Source of the DNA: a virus
Lineage: Duplodnaviria; Caudoviricetes
Reading direction: 5' to 3' (one strand)
DNA length: 37,154 nt
Virus record (IMG/VR): IMGVR_UViG_3300032247_001727
Coordinates: 1-37,154 of that record
The notes below the pieces were generated by a model. That model searched no databases, was not told where the DNA came from, and saw only the letters and a list, made by a program, of their open reading frames with translations. The translations under genes and the position numbers were made by a program. Shown here piece after piece: positions 1-8,429 of this stretch (the first letter of the stretch is position 1; each line of letters opens with the position of its first letter).

Positions 1-123
1 CTTGGACAGGCAGCAGCATCGCAGCAAGCCTCGGCATCGCTTGCAAATGGGCAGCAGACTGCCAACCTATTGACCGGTATTGGCAACGCCCAGGCGCAGG
101 GGCTTATTGGTGCCGGTGCAGCA
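1..123 (+). repeat. Terminal direct repeat, left copy (circular assembly overlap)
   Basis: 1-123 is identical to 37032-37154, and the reading frame of the gene starting at 36570 continues across the join. Confidence 0.97.
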
Positions 124-231
124 AATGCTGCTGGTTATAACGCTATTGGCGGGGCGCTGCAGGGTGCTGCAGGAAGCGTAGCGGGACTCGATGCGCTGAA
201 ATATCTTCGCAGTGGAACCGGAATCTTCTAA
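1..231 (+). CDS. 3' part of P22 gp7-like ejection (DNA transfer) protein; gene starts at 36570 and wraps, about 230 aa in total
   Basis: Frame 1 reads LGQAAASQQASASLANGQQTANLL...YLRSGTGIF to TAA at 229-231, which overlaps the next ATG (TAATG). Confidence 0.8.
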   Translation, partial: LGQAAASQQASASLANGQQTANLLTGIGNAQAQGLIGAGAANAAGYNAIGGALQGAAGSVAGLDALKYLRSGTGIF

Positions 232-1697
232 TGGACTACTACATCCCGCCTCCGCAACAGACGGTCCCTAATTTTATGTCTACCCTGCAGGGGTTTGCGG
301 GGCTTGCTCAGATGGCAGATCAAGCGCAACAGGCGCCGGTCAATCTGGCTACGTCCAAGGCTAACCTTGAAGCTATTCAACAGGGAATTGCCCAACGAAA
401 ACTGACTGATCCGTACAACCTTGCTACTCTTCAGAAAAATCTCGATATTCTTAATCAGAGCTACAAGCAAAATGAGATAATTCATCCACTGCAAGTACAG
501 CAATATAAAGACGCTGCCCAGCAAGCTCAGTTAAATATTGCAGATCTTCAGCGTCAGGCAGAAGAAAAGCAAAAAGCGCAAAAGGCGCTTGATGATGCTA
601 TTTTAGAAAATCAAACAGCACCAAGTGGAGAAAAAGCGCAAAAACTTAACATTGCTGCTGCCGCTCGTAATCCACAACAATATGCCATGATGCAATCAGC
701 AATTAACAATGCTGATGATCGGACTCGCAGAAATGTGTTCGACACAAATTTTGACACTTGGGCGGCGCTTGCATCTGGTTCTCCGGACGATGCGCGTGCA
801 GTATTAGAAAAATCAATTGAAGCAGCAAATAATGGCGATAGAAAAGATTTAGCCGCTAAATATGCTCTTGATTTAAAAATGCTAGATACAGACCCATCCG
901 GAAACAGTTTGTTGAACAAAACTGCAATGGTAGCGGCAAATAGCCCACAGCATAAAGCGGCAATGGATATGTATGCAAAGGGGATTACTTTGCCTCCTTC
1001 TGTTGCGCGAGACGTTAAAAAAGAATCGGATCAAGCTGAAGCGGCAAATAACCTTACTGCTGAACTTTCTGATCTTCAAAACAAATGGATGAAAATGCCA
1101 GAAAAACTTGGCGCCGTAGGGTATGCCGGAGCTAAGGTAGCAGAAGGTTTGCCTTTTTTAAGAAGTGAAGAAGACAACATACGATTGCTGACAGATTCTT
1201 ATTTTAATTTAGACAGGCTTAAAATTTTTAAAAAAGAAATGGGGTCAATGGGTATTCGAAATCAAAAAGAATTTGAAACTGCTTTGGGCGGAAAAGTTAG
1301 TGTATATTCTGATAAAAGCCAAGTTTTGGATCGTTTGGAAGCAATTAAATCTTTATTGTCTAAAGAAGCGGCAACAAAAGAAGCAAACGCAAATTGGATT
1401 AGTACATTTAAAGGTTCTACAATTGCAACTAAGCCTGGAATGATTACTGGAATTCCAATTGAAAAAGGAATGACTGTAAAAGATTTTCAAAAGCAATACG
1501 CTCAAAAACTTTTTCCAGAAAATTCAAACATGCTTGATTCTCCAATAGGAAATGTTGATGAACAAGGGAATCCTATTACTCCACCGGCAAAAAATACATC
1601 TGTAACAGCCACAATGCCTGACGGCAGAACTGGAACTATTCCCAGAGATCAAATTGACGCGTTTAAGAAAAAATATCCTGGGTCTAAGTTCCAGTAA
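231..1697 (+). CDS. Ejection / DNA transfer protein (P22 gp20 position), 488 aa
   Basis: Q/A-rich helical N-terminus; second of three genes between the gp10 region and the tailspike-like gene; translationally coupled. Call rests mainly on synteny. Confidence 0.65.
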   Translation: MDYYIPPPQQTVPNFMSTLQGFAGLAQMADQAQQAPVNLATSKANLEAIQQGIAQRKLTDPYNLATLQKNLDILNQSYKQNEIIHPLQVQQYKDAAQQAQLNIADLQRQAEEKQKAQKALDDAILENQTAPSGEKAQKLNIAAAARNPQQYAMMQSAINNADDRTRRNVFDTNFDTWAALASGSPDDARAVLEKSIEAANNGDRKDLAAKYALDLKMLDTDPSGNSLLNKTAMVAANSPQHKAAMDMYAKGITLPPSVARDVKKESDQAEAANNLTAELSDLQNKWMKMPEKLGAVGYAGAKVAEGLPFLRSEEDNIRLLTDSYFNLDRLKIFKKEMGSMGIRNQKEFETALGGKVSVYSDKSQVLDRLEAIKSLLSKEAATKEANANWISTFKGSTIATKPGMITGIPIEKGMTVKDFQKQYAQKLFPENSNMLDSPIGNVDEQGNPITPPAKNTSVTATMPDGRTGTIPRDQIDAFKKKYPGSKFQ

Positions 1698-1705
1698 TTT
1701 TTGTT

Positions 1706-3810
1706 ATGGCAAACGATCCATTTGCTGAATTTGGTGGCAAAATATTGTCAGGGAGTCATGTTGTTGACGCAACTAACTCTCCTGAGATTGACCCGTCATC
1801 TTTGCCATTTGAGAATGTTCCTTTAATTAATGTTGGATCGCACACTGCAAAGGCGGCATCTGAAACTGGCACTGGAGAAGATCCTTTTAAATCATTTGGA
1901 GGTTCAAGGACTCTAGGATCTGGAACAGGGACTCAGCCATCTGAATCAATACCTCCGGAACCAGAAACCACTCCATCGGGGCTTGCTGGTGCAGTCATTC
2001 GAGGTGCTGCTCCCACTGTTGCTGGTGCCGGTGCCGGTGCGTTAATCGGCGGCGGCATTGGTGCGCTTGCTGGAGGGGTGGGTGTAGTGCCAGGAGCAAT
2101 TTTAGGCGCTCGTGTTGGCGGTGCTGTTGCGCCTATTCTTGGCGACCTTGGTGTAGGTGCGATCAACTCAATTTTTCAAACGCACTACACTCAGCCAACG
2201 GAAGCCATTCAGCATTTTTTATCTGCAATAGGTGTACCGGAAGCTAAGACCGAGGCAGAACGCATTGTGCAGGCATCTTCCGGTGCTGTTGCAGGCACTG
2301 CCGCAACTATGGGCCTTGGGGGTGCAATGGCCGGTTCTGGAAGCAATACTGTGCGCCGCATCGGGCAGTTCCTTGCGGCCAATCCAGAACAGCAAATTGC
2401 TGGCGCGGCGACCGGCGGGGCCGCGGGACAGGAAGCTCAAGAAATGGGCGGAGGCACAGGGGCGCAAATTGCGGCAAATCTTGTGGTTGGAATGGCTGGA
2501 GCAAAATTGGCAGGCAGTAGGCTTGTAAACACTGCTGAAAATGCGGCGCGGCAACAATTAGTTCGAGAAGGTAACGCCGCTGGAATTCGCGTAAAAACGT
2601 CTGATGTTTTCCCATCCGAACCTGGATGGTTTAGGCGTAGTGCTGAAGGTATGCCTGGGATTGGCATGAAAGGCCCGAATCAAGCAATTGTACGGCAACG
2701 GGCGCAAGCGATAGCTAATACACTTTCAGAATACGGAGTTTCTCCAAGTCTGGTTGCTCAAGATCAAGAATTAACTCGGTTGTATAATTCTTTTGCAATT
2801 AATAGACAACAGCAACTAACAGCAGCAACCGCATTAAAACGCCAAGGAATGGCAACTGCCGCCGCAACAAATGCGCCAGTAGATACCACTAGAACACTTG
2901 CTGCAATTGACAATCAGCTTAGAGCATTGGCAGGTTCAATAAATGAACAAGAAATTGCTCCAATACTAAGGCGTTTTCGCGATGCAATTCAAGGAAGCAA
3001 TCTTGACGCTTTAGAAAATGCAAGAAGAGATGTTGGGCTTTATTTTACAAGTCAAGGGCTAGAACATATTAGAACTCGCGGAGAACAAATCTTAAACAGC
3101 ATTTATTCCCCATTAAGGCAAGATATTCGTAATTTTATTAACACGCACGGGGCGCCTGGAGATGTTCGCCGGTGGGAAGTTGGAAATAGGCGCATTGCTT
3201 TACTTGCTGAAGATCTTAATGAAACCACATTAAGAAATGTATTACAAAAAGGAACTGCAACTCCGGAAGCTATACGCAATTTAATATTTTCAAATCAAAC
3301 AAGTAAAATTGCTCAATTGTACAGAAATTTACCTCCTATAGGACAGGCTCAATTTAGAACTGCTGTAATTCGAGAGGTAGCACAAAAATCACTTGTTGAT
3401 GGAGTTGTAGACGCTAGTCAGTTTTCAACAAACATTCGGGCGCTTGAGCGTCAATTGCACATTGGCTTTACTGCTGACCAAAGACAAGCAATTGAAGGGC
3501 TTGGTCGAGTGTTAGAAAGAACTCAAGGCGCTGAAAAAGCATTGTCAAGAGTACCAGCAATGGTAAGTGGAACATTGATTGCAGGAGTTTCACATTTTCT
3601 TCATGCAAGTTTTTTAGTTCAAGCTGGAACGGCAGTTGGCGTAACTGTAGGCGCAACAGCAGCCGCTCGTTTTTACGAAACTCCTATAGTGCGAAATGCT
3701 TTGATCCAACTTGCACGAGTGCGCCCTGGTACTGTAGGGTACGAAGGCGCAATGAGATCCGCAATTGAGGCGATGAACACTGAATTTACCAAAGAAACGG
3801 AGAAGAAAAA

Positions 3811-3814
<4 letters not shown>
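1706..3814 (+). CDS. Large ejection / DNA transfer protein (P22 gp16 position), 702 aa
   Basis: DPF(A/K)xFGG occurs twice at the N-terminus, followed by long Gly/Ala hydrophobic stretches and a helical body; synteny. Confidence 0.65.
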
Positions 3815-4683
<869 letters not shown>

Positions 4684-4684
4684 T

Positions 4685-4957
4685 ATGGCAAAAAAACAGG
4701 TTAATCTCTCGGTATCCCGCGGTGAGAAACTGCCTGCATCACAGGGTGCAGGTCTTACCGCTAAAGGACGGGCTAAATACAACGCGGCAACCGGCAGTAA
4801 TCTGAAACCACCGGCGCCTCATCCAAAAACCGAGAAGGACGCCGGTCGCCGGAAATCTTTTTGCGCTCGAATGAGCGGGATGCCTGGTCCTATGAAAGAT
4901 GAACACGGTAAGCCTACTCGAAAAGCCGCAAGCCTCAAACGCTGGAACTGCAAATGA
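4685..4957 (+). CDS. Small basic phage protein (MAKKQV...RRKSFCARM...SLKRWNCK), 90 aa
   Basis: Real start is probably the ATG at 4685, just after the upstream stop; GLTAKGRAKYN, RRKSFCARM and LKRWxC are motifs I recognise from aquatic phage hypothetical proteins. Confidence 0.8.
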   Translation: MAKKQVNLSVSRGEKLPASQGAGLTAKGRAKYNAATGSNLKPPAPHPKTEKDAGRRKSFCARMSGMPGPMKDEHGKPTRKAASLKRWNCK

Positions 4958-5100
4958 AAAACGGACTATACGCCAACATCCACGCTAAACAGGATCGCAT
5001 TGCTGCTGGCAGCAAAGAAAAAATGCGGAAACCTGGAAGCAAGGGAGCGCCTACTGCCGCAGCATTTAAACAATCGGCTAAAACCGCTAAAAAGAAATAG
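4954..5100 (+). CDS. Small Lys-rich protein MKNGLYANIHAKQDRIAAGSKEKMRKPGSKGAPTAAAFKQSAKTAKKK (48 aa, not in ORF track)
   Basis: ATGA overlap with the upstream stop; fills the gap exactly, ending at TAG 5098-5100, 2 nt before the next ATG. Confidence 0.8.
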   Translation: MKNGLYANIHAKQDRIAAGSKEKMRKPGSKGAPTAAAFKQSAKTAKKK

Positions 5101-5102
5101 TT

Positions 5103-5591
5103 ATGAGCTTTTTATCTTCACTGTTACCCACAATTGGAAATTTAATTGGTGGTCCCCTCGGAGGCATGGCAGTGGAATGCGCGGCAAAAGCTTTGGGGAT
5201 GAGTGATGCTACTGCCGATAAGGTGCAAAAGGTTTTAACATCTGGTAACCTCACCGTGGAACAGATTGCCGCTTTACAGGCCGCGGACTTGCAACTCAAG
5301 ACGCGAATGGCAGAACTCGGTATTGAGGCTGAAAAACTAGCTACAGCAGATCGAGACTCTGCGAGGAAAATGCAAATAGCCACAGGTTCGATTGTACCTC
5401 ACATTTTAGCAGTAACTTTTGTTGTGTTCTACCTAGTGATTGTTGCAATGCTTTTGACAGGACAGATGAAATTGTGGGAAAACAGCACTCTCACCATGCT
5501 CTTGGGTGGCGTAACCTCCGGAGTAGCCATGATTTTGGGGTACTATTTTGGTGCGTCACATACTGCCCCTGTACCAGAGCTTAAAAAATGA
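5103..5591 (+). CDS. Holin-like membrane protein
   Basis: N-terminal IGGPLGG, DRDSARKMQ, two C-terminal hydrophobic helices ending YYFGAS; lies in the lysis cluster. Confidence 0.65.
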   Translation: MSFLSSLLPTIGNLIGGPLGGMAVECAAKALGMSDATADKVQKVLTSGNLTVEQIAALQAADLQLKTRMAELGIEAEKLATADRDSARKMQIATGSIVPHILAVTFVVFYLVIVAMLLTGQMKLWENSTLTMLLGGVTSGVAMILGYYFGASHTAPVPELKK

Positions 5592-5905
5592 ATTTAAAAG
5601 ATGAAGGGATTGACATTGGTTTAGCTTTAGCCGGTTTGATGGGTGCGATTCTTACCAGTTCCCGTCAACAGCAAAGCCTTACGGCTACCGTTGCATCCCT
5701 GTTGGGTGGCGCCGCATCAGCAAACTACGTTACTCCGTTAGTGTTGAAACTGGCAAATCTTGATGGTCACGATTTTGGATATGCCATTGCATTTCTACTT
5801 GGTTTCTTGGGCCTTCGAGCCGTAGAGAACTTGGCAAATAAACTGATTCCATCCATTCCATCCACAGATGCACACGAACACTCTGGTAAACCTCGTCGCA
5901 AATAG
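5588..5905 (+). CDS. Putative holin (3 TM)
   Basis: Three hydrophobic segments, ANYVTP and AFLLGFLGL motifs, charged C-terminus; ATGA-coupled. Confidence 0.65.
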   Translation: MNLKDEGIDIGLALAGLMGAILTSSRQQQSLTATVASLLGGAASANYVTPLVLKLANLDGHDFGYAIAFLLGFLGLRAVENLANKLIPSIPSTDAHEHSGKPRRK

Positions 5906-6275
5906 TCTGTTGATCTGCTCGTCAGTTCACTTGCTGTACAAAATTTTCGGAAACGAAAAAAGTAAAGTATGGCAAACGCCTTACATGGCACTGCTTTACA
6001 AAGGCGTGATGGGTATCACAATTTGTGGAGCAGCAGCAAATATTATTACGCTTTCAACTCCATCATGGAGTGAGATTCTGTTAAACCTCGGTGCGTCTTT
6101 AAATTGGCTTTTCTTATCGTTCTATCTGTATGGATATACTTCCTATACCAAGCCTTCCTCGGCAAACTCAGCGATACGTCAACGAAACTCCACCAGCAGG
6201 CCTGGTGGTGCTTCAAAAAGTAAACCGAGTGTTGCCTCCGGCAGCAATGGACGGAAACGGTCTACCTCCCGATAA
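5868..6275 (+). CDS. Membrane protein of the lysis cassette
   Basis: About three hydrophobic helices followed by a basic Ser-rich tail that overlaps the next ORF. Confidence 0.6.
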   Translation: MHTNTLVNLVANSLLICSSVHLLYKIFGNEKSKVWQTPYMALLYKGVMGITICGAAANIITLSTPSWSEILLNLGASLNWLFLSFYLYGYTSYTKPSSANSAIRQRNSTSRPGGASKSKPSVASGSNGRKRSTSR

Positions 6276-6360
6276 AATCTCTCCGCAATCGGGGATATAC
6301 GACAACAACGGGAAGTTGCCAACACCTCCATCCAACCTCACATTCCTTGCATGGGCATGA
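6130..6360 (+). CDS. Pro-rich hypothetical protein, 76 aa
   Basis: Its stop overlaps the endolysin ATG (ATGA at 6357-6360); overlaps the upstream gene by 146 nt. Confidence 0.5.
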   Translation: MDILPIPSLPRQTQRYVNETPPAGLVVLQKVNRVLPPAAMDGNGLPPDKISPQSGIYDNNGKLPTPPSNLTFLAWA

Positions 6361-6884
6361 ATCCTTTTGAAAAAGCACTGGCATTTGTTCTCGACCATGA
6401 GTGTGTCTACAAAAAGGGACACTGGGGCGATATGGATTACGTCATCTCGGAGAACGAAGAGAATGACCCAGGTGGAGTGACAAAGTGGGGTTTGGACGCC
6501 CGTTCACATGGTGATGTTGAAAACCTGACACTTGAACAGGCAGCAGATATCTATAAGAAAGAGTACTGGGACAAGTACCATTGCGCTGAACTTCCTTGGC
6601 CGGTATCTCTGGTTCACTTTGATGGGTGCGTAAACATGGGCGCAGGGCAGCAAATCAAGAACCTGCAACGCGTTGTAGGCGCAATCCCTGACGGGGTGTG
6701 GGGGCCAAAAACAAAACAAGCAGTGTTGACTGCGTGTGAGAAAAGATCACCGGAGGTGGTAGCTCTCCAGGTCTGCGAACAAAAGCGCCAATTCTATAAA
6801 GACTTGGCCGCGCAAAAACCTCAGTTTCAAAGGTTTCTCGACGGTTGGTTGAACCGCGTGAATGATATTTCAAACGCGGTGTAA
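6357..6884 (+). CDS. Endolysin, glycoside hydrolase family 108 with C-terminal peptidoglycan-binding domain
   Basis: HE...DPGGVTKWG, IYKKEYWD, FDGCVNMG, LQR..G...DGVWGPKT and F..GWLNRV motifs; start 6357 preferred over 6351 because of ATGA coupling. Confidence 0.9.
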   Translation: MNPFEKALAFVLDHECVYKKGHWGDMDYVISENEENDPGGVTKWGLDARSHGDVENLTLEQAADIYKKEYWDKYHCAELPWPVSLVHFDGCVNMGAGQQIKNLQRVVGAIPDGVWGPKTKQAVLTACEKRSPEVVALQVCEQKRQFYKDLAAQKPQFQRFLDGWLNRVNDISNAV

Positions 6885-6931
6885 AAAAATCCCTCGGACA
6901 TTGTCACACGACAAGCCGAGGGTTTTCTTTC
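6884..6931. terminator. Bidirectional intrinsic terminator between converging operons
   Basis: A-tract, CCCTCGG...CCGAGGG stem (6891-6922) with an inner TTGTC/GACAA stem, then a T-tract. Confidence 0.7.
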
Positions 6932-6990
6932 TGCCCGTCCTAAACCGCCCGCCAAGGTTGTTTAGGTTGAGGCGCCAGTAAAACGACTGG

Positions 6991-7353
6991 TTAGTTGAAC
7001 GTCAACCGGTAAATCAGGTGATCTACTTCACCTAAGATGCCGTCACGCATATTCAGCAACTCAGTGCTGCCGAAGATTTCTTTGGTCATGCTTGCCAAAA
7101 AGGCGCGGAACGCAAGGAATGTCTGCTGGATAGCTTTATCTCCGTAGGGTTTAAGTTTCAAACTGATTTCCTCCGGAGTCTCGCGCCCAAACTTGCCAAT
7201 GAACGATTCGACAAGCTCATCGATCTGGTCATCCAGGGCCTCATAAGCCTCGCCAAAGGCTTTGTGTTCAGCGAAGGACTCCGTCATCCAATGGAACAAT
7301 CGAATCTGCTGTTGGAACTGGAGTAGGCCGGTGATCAGGTCTGATGTGGTCAT
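6991..7353 (-). CDS. Dps/ferritin-like four-helix protein
   Basis: FHW.T.SFAEHKAF...Y......D.LVE resembles the Dps ferroxidase-centre pattern. Confidence 0.75.
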   Translation of the reverse strand: MTTSDLITGLLQFQQQIRLFHWMTESFAEHKAFGEAYEALDDQIDELVESFIGKFGRETPEEISLKLKPYGDKAIQQTFLAFRAFLASMTKEIFGSTELLNMRDGILGEVDHLIYRLTFN

Positions 7354-7522
7354 TTTTTTTAAGGAACTCGGTTAGCTTTTCGGAAATCGCACAGGAGTAA
7401 GAGATTGCTTTGTGCAACTCAAAGATTTCCTTACACGCACTTTCATATGCACGCGCAAGTTGATCAAGCCGGTTTTCTAGGTACTGGATGGTTTCTTGGT
7501 CTGTTGGATGTTTGTCTGTCAT
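7268..7522 (-). CDS. Hypothetical coiled-coil protein
   Basis: ATG overlaps the methyltransferase stop (ATGA); tail overlaps the next gene by 86 nt. Confidence 0.55.
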   Translation of the reverse strand: MTDKHPTDQETIQYLENRLDQLARAYESACKEIFELHKAISYSCAISEKLTEFLKKNDHIRPDHRPTPVPTADSIVPLDDGVLR

Positions 7523-8427
7523 AAAACTTTTTGCAATAATGTCTTAAATGCCAGTGCAGCAGTTGCTGGAACTACTCCGTTCCCAAGGAGCCGCAATCTG
7601 TCCACCCGATTGGCACTCCCATCATTACTTCCACAAACTGTGGATTCAATGGGCCATGTTGCTGGGTTGTTCCAGTTCGGCCATGATTCTCCACAGTTTG
7701 AGCATCCGTCTTCTGGACTCCACACAAATGGATATGTCCATTCCCCGCATTTAGCACATTGAGATTCATTATGTTCGCATGAGCAACCGTTAAAGACAAG
7801 CGATCCACACTCATTACATGCCCAGCCGTCTTCAGTTCTCCTCGCCTTGCTCTTGCCTCCAAGCATTTGCTCTGTTGACTGTTTCCATTTAGCCGAAAAG
7901 AGTCCTCGTTCGCGCAAGGAGTAGGCAAGAATGAAAACTCTTTTGCGATTGTGTGCTGCTCCGCATTCAACCGCACTAAATAATCCCCACGTTGCTCTAT
8001 AACCCATTGATTCCAAATCACTAATGACTGTGGAGAGTCCCATCGATATGTGTCCTTCAACATTTTCAAAGAAACACATTCTTGGTTTGAGAACAGAAAT
8101 TCCTGCTGCAATGTGGAGCCAGAGATGCCTTGGATCGTCTGTTCCTTTTCTGTCTCCTGAGTGGCTAAATGGTTGGCATGGATAACCGGCAGACAAGATA
8201 TCCACCAATCCAGAAAACTCTGTCCAAGGGAAGGTTCGCAAATCACTCCACACCGGAGCCGCATCCAAATTCCCTTCTTCCATTCTCGCAAGAAGATTTT
8301 CCACTGCAAATGCTTCGATCTCACTGTAAGCAATTGTCCGCAAGTTTGAGACGCATTGTTTAAGTCCGAGGTCAATTCCACCGTACCCGGCGCATAACGA
8401 GATATGAGTTGTTTGGGTAGTATCCAC
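7519..8427 (-). CDS. DNA (cytosine-5) methyltransferase, catalytic (alpha) chain lacking motif IX
   Basis: Motif I SLCAGYGG, IV AGYPCQPFS, VI FFENVEG, VIII HNRKRVFI and X LGNGVVP; GTG start. Confidence 0.9.
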   Translation of the reverse strand: MDTTQTTHISLCAGYGGIDLGLKQCVSNLRTIAYSEIEAFAVENLLARMEEGNLDAAPVWSDLRTFPWTEFSGLVDILSAGYPCQPFSHSGDRKGTDDPRHLWLHIAAGISVLKPRMCFFENVEGHISMGLSTVISDLESMGYRATWGLFSAVECGAAHNRKRVFILAYSLRERGLFSAKWKQSTEQMLGGKSKARRTEDGWACNECGSLVFNGCSCEHNESQCAKCGEWTYPFVWSPEDGCSNCGESWPNWNNPATWPIESTVCGSNDGSANRVDRLRLLGNGVVPATAALAFKTLLQKVL

Positions 8428-8429
8428 AT
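7572..8429 (-). CDS. Alternative-frame (beta) chain of the C5 methyltransferase
   Basis: 285 codons open over the alpha gene; ATG directly after the primase stop; carries LPTP and the motif IX-like LNPQFVEVMMGVPIGWT. Confidence 0.75.
   Translation of the reverse strand: MWILPKQLISRYAPGTVELTSDLNNASQTCGQLLTVRSKHLQWKIFLREWKKGIWMRLRCGVICEPSLGQSFLDWWISCLPVIHANHLATQETEKEQTIQGISGSTLQQEFLFSNQECVSLKMLKDTYRWDSPQSLVIWNQWVIEQRGDYLVRLNAEQHTIAKEFSFLPTPCANEDSFRLNGNSQQSKCLEARARRGELKTAGHVMSVDRLSLTVAHANIMNLNVLNAGNGHIHLCGVQKTDAQTVENHGRTGTTQQHGPLNPQFVEVMMGVPIGWTDCGSLGTE

Noticed and set aside
1-123. Terminal repeat as a biological DTR
   Set aside because: It falls in the middle of a gene and the terminase is P22-like (headful), so an assembler circular overlap is the simpler explanation.
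5000-5206. 68-aa ORF from the track
   Set aside because: The 4954-5100 frame has coupled start and stop codons and fits the gap exactly.
6884-6990. tRNA or ncRNA in the two-hairpin intergenic region
   Set aside because: No cloverleaf or T-loop consensus; terminators for the converging operons explain the hairpins.
7345-7365. Programmed frameshift at the A8 run joining the 7268-7522 ORF to the Dps-like gene
   Set aside because: The Dps-like gene has its own ATG at the end of the run, A/T-rich pre-start sequences are normal in this genome, and no stimulatory structure is evident.
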